DNA from: Mustelus asterias
Lineage: Eukaryota
Direction: 5' to 3'
Length of the DNA: 64,000 nt
Assembly: GCF_964213995.1 (NCBI RefSeq)
Contig: NW_027590498.1
Span: 62,001 to 126,000, forward strand
The translations under genes and the position numbers were made by a program. The stretch's first letter is position 1, and each line of letters starts with the position of its first letter. The notes under the pieces are model-generated. The model worked only from the letters and a program-made list of their open reading frames with translations. It was not told the DNA's origin and made no database searches. Positions 13,206 to 26,330 of this stretch are shown piece after piece.

Positions 13206-13766
13206 GACAGAGGAGAGGGAGGGAGAAAACTGGGAGTGGAGGAAAGACATGGTGAGATGGGTTTGGATTTCAGCCCAGGGAGGAGGGAAGAGTGTGTGGG
13301 ACGGGGATTTACAGATTTGGGGGAACAAGAGAGGAAAAATTGTTCCAGAGAAACTAGAATTGTGTGTTTCGATTTTTTTTCCAATACTGACAGTGGTTTT
13401 GTAAACTTCTTTTGCAGAATATTTGAAGTGGAAGTTTTACAGACAGGAAACTCAAATCAAAATTCTTACTAATATTTCACAGTTGGTCAATTTATCAGCA
13501 CACGAACACTGTCAACCTTAGAATGTGGATGGAGAAATGTTTCTCTGTTCTGTCTGTGGGAAAAGATTTCAAACATCAGTGTGACTGGAAAAGCACCGAG
13601 ACACATGCACACACCGGAGTGAGAGCGTTCCATTGAACTGACTGTGGAAAGAGATTTAACCAGTTACACAGCTTGAAAAAATATCACACCACTCAAAGTG
13701 AGGTGAAACTGCAGATGAATCTTGAACTGATTGTCCAACCCGGAGAGATACAAGGATACTGGCACC

Positions 13767-14345
13767 ATGGAGAAAATATGGAAATGTGGGGACTGTGGGA
13801 AGGGATTCCGTTGCCCGTCTGACCTGGAAACTCATCAACGGGTTCACACTGGGGAGAGACCATTCACCTGTTCCACGTGTGGGCAGGGATTTAGCAAGTC
13901 ATCCACACTGCAGTCACACCTGCGTGTTCACACTGGAGAGAGGCCATTCATCTGCTCTGTGTGTGGGAAAGGATTCACTCAGTCAACCAACTTGCTGACA
14001 CACCATCGAGTTCACACCAGGGAGAGACCATTTACTTGCTCTGAGTGTGGGAAGGGATTCACTCAGTCATCCAACCTGCTAATACACCAGCGAGTTCACA
14101 CTGGAGAGAAGTCATTCACCTGCTTTGAGTGTGGGAAGAGATTCACACAGTCATCCAACCAGCGAATTCACACTGGAGAGAGACCGTTCACCTGCTCTGC
14201 ATGCGGGAAGGGATTCAGCAGATTATCTATCCTGCAGGAGCACCAGCGCGTTCACACCAGGGAGAGGCCATTCACCTGCTCTGTTTGTGGGCAGAGATTT
14301 ACTTGTTCCTCCCTCCTGCTGAGACACAGGCGAGTTCCCAAGTGA
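13767..14345 (+). CDS. C2H2 zinc-finger protein (about 7 fingers, no KRAB)
   Basis: accATGg start, [18 protein letters not shown] linkers, one finger with an internal deletion; acceptor ttttgcag near 13417. Confidence 0.8.
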   Translation: MEKIWKCGDCGKGFRCPSDLETHQRVHTGERPFTCSTCGQGFSKSSTLQSHLRVHTGERPFICSVCGKGFTQSTNLLTHHRVHTRERPFTCSECGKGFTQSSNLLIHQRVHTGEKSFTCFECGKRFTQSSNQRIHTGERPFTCSACGKGFSRLSILQEHQRVHTRERPFTCSVCGQRFTCSSLLLRHRRVPK

Positions 14346-14635
14346 TTGCATGAGTTGGATTCTGTTGTTATTGCTGCTGCTAACCGTATCCAGGACTGAA
14401 ACATGTTTATTCATACAGGATGTTGATGGGAGGTGTGTCTGTCCCATTGTTTGGAGTGAATTGAAATTATGAGTTGAACCATCGAATCCCTACGGTGCAG
14501 AAGGAGGCCTTTCGGCCCATCAAATCTGCACTGACTCTTTGGTAAAGGAATCTGTTATTGTTCGTGTTGTTTCCAAGTTACCCATTAGTCATGTAGATTT
14601 TATCCTGGGAAATGACATAGTTCACAGTATAGTGT

Positions 14636-15080
14636 TTAGAAACATAGAAAATAGAAACAGGAGTAGGCCATTCGGCCCTTCAAGCCTGCTCCACTATTCA
14701 TTTTGATCATAGCTGATCATCAATTTCAATATCCTGATCCCGCCTTCCCCCCCATATCCCTTGCTCCCTTTAGCCCCAAGAGCTATATCTAATTTCTTCT
14801 TGAAATCACGCAATGTTTTGGCCTCAACCACTTTCTATGGTAATGAATTCCACAGATTCACCACCCTCTGGGTGAAGATGTTTCTCTTCACCTTAGTCCA
14901 GTTCTGGACTCCCCCACCATCGGGAACATTCTTTCTGAGTCTACCCTGTCTAATCCTGTTAGAATTTTATACGTTTCTATGAGATCCGCTCTCACTTTTC
15001 TAAACCCCAATGAATATCATCCTAACCGACTTAATCTCTCCTCATATGACAGACCTGCCATCCCAGGAATCAGCCTGATA
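14636..15080 (-). mobile_element. CR1 3' end (older family)
   Basis: agaaacatagaaaatag tail and RVVNLWNSLP coding remnant on the minus strand. Confidence 0.8.
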
Positions 15081-15496
15081 AACCACAACCAGGAACAGTG
15101 TACCATTGTTCAGAAGTTATCCATGAGTAAAAACTCCTCAACCATTTGTATTCCAGTTAAAGAATTGATTCAAATAAAAATGCTGATGTATCCACCCCAG
15201 TAATAGACAAAGGACTTAAGGCCTCATAGTGACTTTGAAGGGTTGTTAACACTAAACATTGAATTAAATGTGCTTGTCAGTGCTGAGATAATATAGGATA
15301 TAACAGCAGGAGTTCAATCAAATCAACTGTTCACAGTTGATCATTTAAAACCTCAAAATGAAGTGGTTTGTAAATTGTGCAGAAGATTCAATGTATTCAT
15401 AAAATAAAGATCCAAAATGAGGAAGTTGTTGATATCCCTCTAAAAGAGTTAATAAAATTCATTCTGAATGGCATGAGGAAAAACTGAAGGATTACA

Positions 15497-15790
15497 GAAT
15501 GTTGGAATTGTGGGAAGGGATTCAAAGCCCCATCTCAACTGGAAATTCACCGACACATCCACACTGGGAAAAGACCTTTTACCTGCTTTGAGTGTGGGAA
15601 GAGATTCACTCAGTCATCACACCTGCAGACACACAAGCGAGTTCATAGTGGGGTGAGGCCATTCACCTGCGCTGAGTGTGAGGAGGGGTTCAAGGATTCA
15701 TCTACCCTGTGGACACACCAGTGAGTTCACACCAGGGAGAGACCATTCACCTGCGCTGAATGTGAGAAAGGATTCATTCAGTTATCCAAG
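15497..15790 (+). pseudogene. C2H2 ZNF fragment (about 3.5 fingers, internal TGA)
   Basis: [29 protein letters not shown]...; CAG TGA GTT CAC stop near 15722. Confidence 0.8.
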
Positions 15791-16244
15791 ATTTCCACGG
15801 TTTCTCCATGGTGTTGCTGTCCTTGTGAATCTACAAGATTGATGATCAACTGAAGCCTCGTCCACACACACACAACACGTGTCCGGTTTCTCCTCACTGC
15901 GAATGGTGTGATGTTTTTTCAGGCTGTGTAACTGGTTAAAGCTCTTTCCGCAGTCAGGTCACTGGAACACTCTCAATCGGATATGTGTGTCTCGGTGCTT
16001 TTCCAGTCACACTGCTGTTTAGAACCTTCTGAAGCAGACAGAACACCATTTCTTCATACACACTTTCTTCATACACACTCATATAATGATTCAATCAACC
16101 TCCTCCATCTGTACATACTTCAGTTCAATTCTAGATTGAAAGACCGATGATATTCAGGTCCCTTTGAATAGAGTAAATGTGTCAGGTCTTGACGTGACAT
16201 TAGGTTTTGAGATTTTTGTCTGCAAATCTTCTCCTTCTCAAAAC
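15790..16244 (-). pseudogene. Truncated ZNF exon (degenerate leader + MEKPWK only)
   Basis: Acceptor ttttacag at 16245, family leader, accATGgagaaaccgtggaaa, then abrupt end. Confidence 0.75.
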
Positions 16245-16666
16245 CTGTAAAAGGAATTTACAAAAGTCATCCCTGTCAATACAGGAGTGAAATTCAGAAT
16301 TCACAATTCCACTTTCAGTTAAATATTGTTTCCTCTGCACAACATCGTGGGCCGAAGGGCCTGTTCTGTGCTGTACTGTACTGTTCTTTGTTCTCTCTTG
16401 TTTACCAAAAGCTGCAAATCTCAATCACATACATTCCCCCGACTCTCACTCTGCCGTACCTGATATATACCCTCCCAATTCTCCTGAAGATGCTGATTCA
16501 TGCTGACTGACAGACCCATGCTCACTGCTTCCTGATCTGGAGACCTGAAAACCTTGTTGCAGACTGCCAGACTAAATACAAACACAGAGGTACAGATTCT
16601 GGAGGAAAACATATGTTTAATAAACACTGCTGCATTACTTGATCAGAGATTGTCAGAGAGGACTTG

Positions 16667-17075
16667 ATCAGAGAGGTCGGGAATGTAGTCCAATCCATCA
16701 CGCAACCCAGTCTCCCATCCATTAACTCTGTCTACACTTCCCGCCACCTCAGCAAAGCAGTCAGCATAATTAAGGACCTCACTCATCCCGGACATTCTCT
16801 CTTCCACCTTCTTCCATCAGGAACAAGATACAAAAGTCTGAGGTCACGTACCAAATGATTCAAGAACAGCTTCTTCCCTGCTGTCATCAGACTTTTGAAT
16901 GGACCAACCTTGCATTAAGTTGATCTTTCTCTAAACCCTAGCTATGACTGTAACACTACACTCTGCACTCTCTCCTTTCCTTCTCTATGAACGGTATGCT
17001 TTGTATAGCGCGCAAGAAGCAATACTTCTCACTGTATACTCAGACATGTGACAATAATAAATCAAATCAAATCAA
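16667..17075 (+). mobile_element. Rex1/Babar-like LINE 3' end
   Basis: SIIKDLTHPGHSLFHLLPSGTRYKSLRSRT..FKNSFFP..IRLLN and (aatca)n tail. Confidence 0.8.
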
Positions 17076-17812
17076 AAAAGATTCATGACCATGTCAGTAA
17101 GAACTTCATTGAGGTGCTGAGTGTTCACAAACACAAACTCGCTGCTTATGAGAATGGTGGAATTAAAGATGATCCAAGATTTCAAACTGAACTGGCTGGA
17201 CAATTGGAGGAAATAATCTTGTGAGATACAGGGTACAGAGGGAGAATGGGACTGACTGGATTGCTCTACAGAGAGTCAGCACAGACTCGAATGGACATAT
17301 TCTGTGCTGTAATGGATCAATGACTGGAAAGGTATGTCACCACAGTGCTATATTACAAACTTGAAATAACAATAAATGAAATTTATCACAGAACCATAAA
17401 TAATATATCTAATATGCATCCAATAGCAAAACTAGACATAACTCGGTCCTATATAAAATTACTGTCCCACAAAGAATCATGAATTTACACCAAATTACAC
17501 CAAAAATACCCATACCTGCCATACCTTACTATATTGTCCACTTAAATGTCAACCATCTCCTGGGGAAACCAGCCTTTAATTGTGAACATTGGGAAACAGG
17601 TCACCGTTTTAGCCAGACAAATAAATGTGTCAACCTGAGGGAGTTAAAGAATGTCAATATCTTTAAGAGAGAGAGAGAGACCTGGGGCAACCTTGCCAGA
17701 GTCTGCAGCCTCCCTGGATTCCCTTCAGTTGCTGCAAGTCCCCAATTTCCCCCAGAATGAGAAAGGAATGGAAAGAGGGAGAAAAGAAAGTGTTTTACTC
17801 ACAGATGTTGGC

Positions 17813-18076
17813 CTCTTTTAAGGTCAAACCGAATAAACAAACTCAAGTTAAATCAGGACAAAGTAAAAGGGGCAGCTCCCCAAAAGGAGGGGGAACAGCC
17901 CGAACAAAAATCAAACTACAAAAGAAACTTAAAAACATCAAATCATAATGTGATTATTAGGGTTGATAACGCATCCCAACCCCTGCGGTGCCCAACGGGC
18001 GCGGAAGGCGTCAACTGCGCCCGTGGACAGCACATGCTCCCTCTCCAGGGACACCTGGCCGCGAACATAGCTGCGA
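17813..18076 (-). mobile_element. Tx1-clade LINE 3' end, second copy
   Basis: Reverse complement aligns to about 3635-3895 (VSLEREHV..FRARWAPQG and 3'UTR). Confidence 0.85.
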
Positions 18077-18340
18077 TTGTGGCGACAGATGGAAGTTTCA
18101 GTCTGTCTGAAACTCAATCTTCATTGTCACAAAGCGCGCGCTCTGGTTGGCTGGATGACCAGCGGTCTGTCGGTCCTCCAAGCCCTTCCATTGGTCAACA
18201 CCTCAGCAGGGTTCAGAAACATTTCTGCATGTGCGCAGATTGATCCCTTGGACATGCGCAGATTTGAGCCGCCCGGTCGATAGAGCGACTTCCCCAACGC
18301 GGGGCATTGTGGGCGATGCAGCCGCCATTACTGTACCAGA
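18077..18340 (-). promoter_or_regulatory. CpG-rich promoter/first exon of the minus-strand ZNF unit
   Basis: tgcgcatg motifs, ccaat, and a ggtcatccagccaacc block similar to 43730-43745; the exon continues past Tx1 to a GTGAGTAA donor at 17802. Confidence 0.55.
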
Positions 18341-18564
18341 CCACAGTCTCCAAACTCCTGAGATTGGGATAAAAGGTGGCGGTGGCAGTGACTGCACCCT
18401 GACACAAGGCACAAGTGGGTAGTCACGAGCTTATATATTGACGCCCACTTAGCAAAACAGTTCACCTTCAGGCAGATAGATTGACATTTTTGGGTAACAA
18501 ACTAGGGAGGGCAAGAGGTAGGCTGAAATTTAAACTGAGAATTAGCACATAAGGTGGAGAAGAA

Positions 18565-18780
18565 TTGATTTGATTTATTATTGTCACGTATTAGGATAGT
18601 GAAAAGTATTGTTTCTTGCGCGCTATACTGACAAAAAACACCATTCAGAGTACATAGGGGAGAAGGAAAGGAGAGGGTGCAGAATGTAATGTTACAGCCA
18701 TTGCTGGGGTTTTGAGAAAGATCAATTTAATGTCTGGTAGGTCCATTCAAAAATCTGATGGCAGCAGGGAAGGGAATTGA
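18565..18780 (-). mobile_element. Rex1-like LINE tail
   Basis: Reverse complement of 16875-17075. Confidence 0.75.
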
Positions 18781-19021
18781 AAAAAAAAGCAGGAGGAATA
18801 GAAAAGGATGAATTAGTGGAAGGATCAACAGAGAGGAAGGTGTGTGTGAGGGGACAGAGATTTATAGTTTGAGTGAGAGAAACATGCCTAATGATAACCA
18901 GAATTGTCAGTTCTGAATTTTTATCCTGTACTGACAGTGATGACTTGATAACTTCAACCCTGTTGCATCCATTCATAATCTCTATCAGGTCAGCACTCAG
19001 CCTTGGCTTTTCCAGAGAATA

Positions 19022-19352
19022 GGGCAGCATGGTGGCACAGTGGCTAGCATGACTGCCTCACAGCACCAGGAACCCAGGCCTTGGGTGACTGTCTGTGGGA
19101 TATGCACGTTTGTCTCTTGTCTGTGTGGGTTTCCTCCAGGTCTCCAATTTTTTTCCACAGTCCAAAGATGTGTAGGTTAGTTGAATTGGCCATAGTGAAT
19201 TGCCCCTTAGTGTCCAAAGATGTGTAGATTAGGGGATTAGCAGGGTGAATACATGGGGTTACGGGGATAGGGCATGAGGTAGATGCATCATCGGAGAGTC
19301 GGTGCAGACTCAATGGGACTCCTTCTGCACTGTTGGTATCGATGATTCTATG
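19022..19352 (+). mobile_element. HE1-type V-SINE
   Basis: Consensus head, body and tail. Confidence 0.85.
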
Positions 19353-19969
19353 AAAACATCCCCAACCTGTTTAATCTCTCCATTAACTTGAAAACACTCT
19401 CAGTTCTGGTATAATTCTTGTGAACTTTCTTGCATCATCTCGAGATTCTCTGTCAAGTTTAAAGGGCAGAGAATTAAAACTTAGATTCAGTTTAACTTGG
19501 TTGCATGAGCCTAATTACTCAGTTCCAGATTGACTCTAAAACGCTTCAGTTCAAAAGGGAGTTTACCATCAGGCAAGACAGGACTCTGAACTGGCAAATA
19601 ATAACATTGTTTATTTAAAAGAAAAAGATTTACCTGTGAAATACACGAGGAAGTTTCACCACCTCAATTGGGGGATCACCCCAGGTAAAAGTGTGAATGT
19701 TCCTGAGGTTCCTGAACTAACAGCAACTTCCCAAAATCCTGCCCCAGGGGAACTCAGTATCTCCACGAATAGAGCTCAACTTGTAAACACAAGATGGTTC
19801 TTGGATCAGACCTTTAACTCTTTAAGCAGCATTCCCTCATCTCCAATACATTCATAGAATCATAGAATGCAGAAGAGGCCCTTCCGCCCATCGAGTCTGC
19901 ACCAATACACGAGAAACACCTGAACTGCCACCGAATCGCATCTATCAGCACTTGGCCCATAGCCAGCGA

Positions 19970-20449
19970 TTCATATTAAAATCTCTGCTACTTAGAGCTG
20001 CTTTCACTATGAAGTCACCAATTAATCCCGTCTTGTTGTATAATACCTGCGTTGGTGTAGCCTGCTCTCTGGTTGGCTCCAAAACATGCTCTTCCTAGAA
20101 ACTATCCCCAAAACATTCTATGAACTCCTCATCTACATGACCTTTGTCCATCTGACTTTCCCAGTTTATCAGTAGATTAAAATCCCTCTTGATTATTACT
20201 GTAGCTTTACCACAAGCTCCCATTACCTTTTCCTTTGTACTCTGTCCTACCGTGTCATTACAATTAGAAAGCTTGTCCATCACCCCCACAAGTGAATTTT
20301 GCCTTTACCATTTCCCCATCTCAAACCAAACCACTCCAAACATCCTGGTTTCCTGAACTTAGGTCATCCCTCTCTATTGTGCTAATACTGCCAATAATCA
20401 ACAGAGACACCCTTCCACCTTTTCCCAGACTCCTGTCCCTCCTAAATGT
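19970..20449 (-). mobile_element. CR1 endonuclease fragment
   Basis: TFRRDRSLGKGGRVSLL and RDFNLLINWE remnants. Confidence 0.7.
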
Positions 20450-20915
20450 CATGATGTGGAGATGCCGGCGTTGGACTGGGGTAAGCACAGTAAGAAGTCT
20501 CAATGGAACAGCCATGGGGACAAAATTCGCACCTCAATATGCCAACATCTTCATGCACAGGTTCGAACAAGACTTCTTCACCGCACAGGACCTTCAACCG
20601 ATGCTATACACTAGATACATCGATGACATTTTCTTCCTTTGGAGTCATGGTGAACAATCACTGAAACAACTCTATGATGACATCAACAGGTTACATCCCA
20701 CCATCAGACTCACCATGGACTACTCTCCGGAATCGGTTGCATTCTTGGACACACACACATCTCCATTAAGGACGGTCACCTCAGCACCTCACTGTACCGC
20801 AAGCCCACGGATAACCTCATGATGCTCCACTTCTCCAGCTTCCACCCTAAACACGTTAAAGAAGCCATCCCCTACGGACAAGCCCTCCGAATACACAAGA
20901 TCTGCTCGGATGAGA
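20450..20915 (+). mobile_element. Penelope-like (Poseidon-type) RT fragment with inverted element end at its 5' side
   Basis: GTAMGTKFAPQYANIFM, YTRYIDDIF, HPTIRLT, FLDT, SFHPKHVKEAIPYGQALRIHKICS; 20450-20500 is the reversed family-1 tail. Confidence 0.9.
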
Positions 20916-21231
20916 GAGAACCCAGAGAGAATAGAACTCAGAAAAAAGCAACAATAAAAAAACCCACACAGGAGGCAGGAACCGAGTTCTGCATCCAACA
21001 CGCAGCCTGATTCAAACCGACTCCTAACTGCTTCTAAACTCGAACCTCTAAAACAATAAAACAGAAACAAAACTCTGTAGAGACTGCATCTGAGACAAAG
21101 AAAATAAATACTGGAGATATTCATCAGGCCAGGCAGCCTCTGAGAGTCACAAACAGAATTGAGGGCTCAGGTTGCTGACCTGCCCTCAGTCTGCAATTGA
21201 ACATTTAGAGTCAGTCATTGACTAATGGCGG

Positions 21232-21256
21232 TCACAATTCCCACAATGCTTTGCGC
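21232..21256 (+). promoter_or_regulatory. ZNF143/Staf-binding-site-like motif
   Basis: tcacaattcccacaatgctttgcgc resembles the SBS consensus TTCCCA(C/T)AATGC. Confidence 0.45.
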
Positions 21257-21299
21257 CTCAGAAACCCCTCTATTCAAAAGTTGTTCACCGTAATTCACT

Positions 21300-22097
21300 A
21301 ATCATAGAATCCTCACAGTGCAGAAAGAGGCCATTCAACCCATCAAGTCTCTACTGACTCTCTGACAGGGTATCTTTCTCAGGCACACACTCTATCTCGG
21401 TGACCCCACGCATTTACCCTGCTAATCCCCCTACTGACCTTTCTCTTCACACACTGCAACTGCAACATTATGTTTTGCACCCTACTCTTTTCCTTTCCCT
21501 CTTTGCACTTTATCAAGTTATGTTTTTTTTCTGTATAGCACGGAAGAAATAATAAATTTCACTGTATCCCAGAATGTGCGACAATAATAAATCAAATCAG
21601 ACCCTCCACACCTTGGGACACTCAGGGACAGGTTTAACATGGTCAATCCAGCTAACATCCTTGGGCTGTGCGAGTAAACCAGAGCATCCAGAGGGAGATT
21701 GTGCAAACTCCATACATGAGGTGGAGATGCCGGTGTTGGACTCGGGTTGGCACAGGAAGAAGTCTCACAACACCAGGTTAAAGTCCAACAGGTTTATTTG
21801 GAACCACGAGCTTTCTGAGTGCTGAAGGAGTAGCTTTGAAAAAGGGTCATCTGGACTCGAAACGTCAGCCCTTTTCTCTCCTTACAGATGTACCAGACCT
21901 GCTGAAAATTTCCAGCTTTTTCTCTTTTGATTTCAGATTCCAGCGTCCGCAGTAATTTGCTTTGATTCCAAATAAACTTATTGGACTTCAACCTGGTGTT
22001 GTGAGACTTCTTACTGTGCAAACTCCACACAGTCAACTATTCAGGGCTGGAATCGAACCCTGGCGCTATGAGGCAGCAGTGCTAATCACTGTGTCAC
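21300..22097 (-). mobile_element. HE1 SINE containing a nested Rex tail (21435-21600) and a PLE fold-back (21715-22013), which itself contains a family-2 PLE end (21831-21963)
   Basis: HE1 pieces are collinear on the minus strand; TSD tgtgcaaactcca surrounds the PLE. Confidence 0.75.
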
Positions 22098-22719
22098 AGT
22101 GAAGGTAGTCTGCTGCCACTTTCAGGCGATAACAATGGGCTGGATGTTGCTCAGGGTGCGGAGCACTGCAGCAAAGTACAGAGAGACAGAGACAGAGCCG
22201 TCAACTGGACTGAGAACTAGAGTCTGCAGACTGGAACTGGCAGCATGAGGAGAGGTTATTTAGTCAAACACTGACAGAAATCTACAACCCACCCCCATTA
22301 CCGAGACAGAGAGACAGAAATTATAAACACTCACCAACACAGCTCCACTGAAACGTCCCAGGAAAAAGAGGGAATCTGTGGCGGTTCCTGTCCTGAAATA
22401 GCCCCAGGACTGTCACTCAAACCCCCAACCCGGCCCAGTTCACAGCTCAGCCTCTCAGCTTGCAGCTTCCTGCACCTTGAGCCAACCCTGCCCAGGTGTG
22501 GGAGGGTCTGTGAAACCACAGAGTGGGGGGAGGGGTGACCTCCTGCTGTGTCCCAAATAGTTTCTCCTTCCCCTCCCCCTTGGCGCTCTCAATGTGGATG
22601 TGTTGAGGTACATTGCAGAGCCTCACTGAGCTGTGGCTGTACCTTATCCTGGGTCACCCCCTCCTCCTGGGTTCAGTGTGTGTGAACTCGCTGCTTCTTT
22701 CCCTGCTGAACCTTCAGTT

Positions 22720-22895
22720 AAACACAAACAGAAAGTGCTGGAAAACCTCAGCGGGTCTGACAGCATCTGTGATCATCCAGACTGGAAGCATTAACTCCAT
22801 TCTCTCTCCACAGATGCTGTGAGCCCTGTTGAGATTTCCAGCATTTTCTGTTTCTGTTTCAGATTCCAGCACCCGCAGTATTTTTGCTTTTATCT
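22720..22895. mobile_element. PLE family 2 end, inverted pair
   Basis: tgctggaaaacctcagcgggtctgacagcatctgtg opposite cacagatgctg..ccagcattttctg..agattccagca. Confidence 0.65.
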
Positions 22896-24104
22896 TCATT
22901 TAAAAGCATTCTTTGATGGCCTTTAACCCCATTGCTCCTTTCCAGAGCTTCCCACCTTCTGCTATTGTCCCTGACTCCCACATTAACTCTGTCATTCCTC
23001 CCCTTTACCCCGCTCACCCTGTCTAAAGTCAGGCTCAGAGTTTTCCCGCCATCTCCCCCTCCCCCAGCCTCCACATCCCAACACCCGGAATCTCTAACCC
23101 AGCGGTTCCAGTTTGTCTGGTTTGAGTTCAGATTTGCCGCAGCACCGACAGGATTTCACTTCAAACCAGCCGGAACTGACTGCTCACAAATCCCTAAATG
23201 TTTCTCCAGCATCCCGGGCTTGTTAATGTTGTTTAAAGTCAGCGCCCAAATGCAGTTACTCTCCTCAGTTTAAAAAACTTCTCCGTTTAATCTAAGGTAT
23301 TATTCGCGCCAGACACAAATCTACAACAGTGAACTTTATCCCCCCACCCTGACCCGAGCTGGAGTGTCCCGAGGAAGAGACATCTGTTCCCGGTGTGACA
23401 ATTCTTACACATTCTCTGTGACATAAAACAGAAAACGCTGGAAATACTCATGAATGAAAGCAAATTGTTGCTTTTGTCAAGAGAGTCACCTGGACTCGAA
23501 ACGGCAGCTCTTTTCTCTATTTACCGATGCTGCCAGACCTGCTGAGATTTTCCAGCATTTTCTCTTTTGGCTGGAAACACTCAACAAGTCAGGCAACCTC
23601 TGTGGAGAGAGAAACAGACTGACTGTGACCTGTCATCGAACTGGGAAATATATTTCCCGCAACTGAAAGAGGTATCTTACAACCTTCGGAACAAAACTGA
23701 GTTCAACAATTTTACACCACAATCTCTGCCCCCTTCGCGTTCTGTGTTTCGTTGTTGCTTTCTTCACCTTTTGTTTTATTTACTTCGTATTCAGACTGCT
23801 GCTATTCACACCTCATCCAGAACATCTTTTGTGACTTTACTTGTCCCATTACCACTCGCTTTGGTATTGAGCCGTGAATCATTTTGTCAGTTTGCAGACC
23901 TTCCATTTTGTTCTTCCCCATCTCCCTCTCTCCCTCCTTCACAGGCCTGGCTTTCTCTGTGTGGCACTGGAGAGCGAGCTAGACTTGAGATGTTTGAGAC
24001 AGAGAGATTGAAATGTTTTTTTCTCTCAGAGGGTCTTTGGTTTCTCTTCCCCAGAGAGCAGTGAAGACAGAGTCATTGAATGTTTTCAAGACTGATTAAA
24101 TGGA

Positions 24105-24490
24105 TAAAAGCAAATTACTGCGGATGCTGGAATCTGAAACCAAAAGAGAAAATGCGGAAAATCTCAGCAGGTCTGGCAGCATCTGTAACGAGAGAAAAGA
24201 GCGGACGTTTCGAGTCCAGACGACCCTTTGTCAAAGCTAAAAGGCATAGAAAGTGGGAGATATTTACACTGCAGGGTGAGGGAATGAAAAATGAGTCACA
24301 GCTACAGAAACTCGGGTAAAGAGCTGCTAATGGCTGTCCATCGAGAGAATAAAGGGTGTGAATGGCCAACGGCAGGGAAACTAAAATCAACTGTGACAGA
24401 TGAAGATGTGGGGGGAGGGGGAGAGGGAATGGGTGGGAGAGAGGTAAAATGGGAAAAGGGGAAAGGGAAATAAAAGGGGGAGAAAAGCTA
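24105..24490 (-). mobile_element. PLE family 2 3' region with hammerhead-like motif
   Basis: Collinear with 53271-53650; minus strand reads agct-TTGACAA-agggtc..gactc-GAAA-cg-tc at 24202-24238. Confidence 0.7.
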
Positions 24491-25118
24491 TGGAAAGGAT
24501 GGATGGATTCTTGGTTGACAAGAGAGTCTAAGGGCTTTTTTGGGGGGGCGGGTGTTGGGGGTAGACAGGAAAGTGGAGTTGTGGTCACAATCAGATCAGC
24601 CAGGATCTTATCAAATGCTGGAGCAGAGGGGCCACTGCTGCTCCGGATTCATGTGGGTGTTTGACTGTATGTTTCACTCTGTTTCTGCCTCCACAGAAGC
24701 TGCCGGGCCTGTTGACTATTTGGGGCTTTGACTATTTTTATTTCAGATTTGAAGCATCTGCAGGATATTCTGTCCATGCAAACCCAACACATCTTTCATT
24801 GTTTAATGTGGAGCAGTGCGTGTGCACGGTGCTCCCTGTCAACAGGAGAGAATGTTGTGAATTCCTATCCTGGATTGACAGGGATGGATTGTGTAAATTA
24901 ATTTTATCTGGGTTAGAAGGGAAGGATTTACACACACAAAGTTCAAAACCCTGTTTCTTATTTCAATATTGGATACATGTGTCGCTGGTAAGGTTGCTGC
25001 ATTTCAAACAGAGCTTCAGAGTGTTTTGAAGTGTTTTCTTTAAAAGTCCCCTTCACTCCTGTGCTGCTCAGGAGAAGATTTCACATTCACATTCTCCAGG
25101 ATAGAGGGGCAAGAGAAC

Positions 25119-25705
25119 GGGCGGCACAGTGGCACAGTGTTCAGCACCACTGCCTCACAGCATCAGGGAAATCATAGAAGCCCTACAGTACAGAAAGAGG
25201 CCATTTGGCCCATCGAGTCTGCGCCAACCACAATCCCACCCCACCCCTACCCCCTTATCCCTACATATTTACCCGCTAATCCCTCTAACCTACGCATCTC
25301 AGGACACTAAGGGGCAATTTTAGCATGGCCAATCAACCTAACCCGCACATTTTTGGACTGAGGGAGGAAACCGGAACACCCGGAGGAAACCCACACAGAC
25401 ACGAGGAGAATGTGCAAACTCCACACACACGGGTCCCAGGTTCAATTCTGGCCTCGGGTCACTGTCTGTGTGGAGTTTGCACATTCTCCCCGTGTCTGCG
25501 TGGGTTTCCTCCAGGTGCCCTGGTTTCCTCCCACAGTCCAAAGATGTGTGGGCTAGGCTGATTGGCTATGCTAAATTGCCCTTTAGTGTCAGGGGGATTA
25601 GCAGGGTAAATATGTGGGGTTATGGGAATAGGGCCTGGGTGGGATTGTGGTCGGTACACATCGATGGGTCAAATGGCCTCCTTCTGCACTGTAGGGATTC
25701 TATGA
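25119..25705 (+). mobile_element. HE1 SINE with an antisense HE1 nested at about 25170-25427
   Basis: Head 25119-25168, reverse-strand body, then resumes at gggtcccaggttcaattc. Confidence 0.8.
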
Positions 25706-26330
25706 TTCAGACCAATTGCAGGTGTAGCTTTCTTCCCACCTCACTCTCACAGACTCCAGTGAAGACAGTGTGGAAAGGCTTTGGGACAAGATCAGATCTG
25801 TGATGCAGTGAACACCCACTCAGCTCATCGGGTTTGAATTGCTCAGGCCGTCACACTGGCTCAACAAGAATGACAAAGAAGTGAGCAAAATCAGAAAGTG
25901 TCTCTGGATTGAATGGAGTAGTATTCCTCCTATTGAACCATTCACACTGATGTCTCACTGGCTGCACCTGTACCAGCTCTCTACCCTGACACATAGTCAT
26001 ATTAAATGGATAAGTGGGCACAGCCTTTAGGTGTTGGTCTGTTAACTACAAGGGAACCATTTTCTTTAATTGATTCATGGACATGGGCAGTGCTGGCTGG
26101 CCAGCAGTTATCGCCCATCCTCAGCTGCCCTTGAGAAGGTGGTGGTGAGCTGCCTTCTTGAAACCCTGCAGTCCACGTGCTGTGGGTTCACCCACAATGC
26201 CGTTAGGGAGGGGATTCCAGGATTATGACCCGGTGACTGTGAAGGAATGGTGATACATTTCCAATTCAGGATGGTGAATGGCTTGGAGGGAACTTGCAGG
26301 TGGTGGTATTCCCATGTATCTTCTGCCCTT

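Noticed and set aside
12681-13472. Novel repeated protein (ORFs 12681-13472, 54625-55278, 60058-60753)
   Set aside because: Frames differ between copies, starts are non-ATG or inconsistent, and there is no domain signature. These are GC-rich promoter sequences.
13582-13640. Selenoprotein zinc finger as a firm call
   Set aside because: Frameshifts separate the TGA-containing fingers from the main ORF and no SECIS was identified; kept only as a hypothesis.
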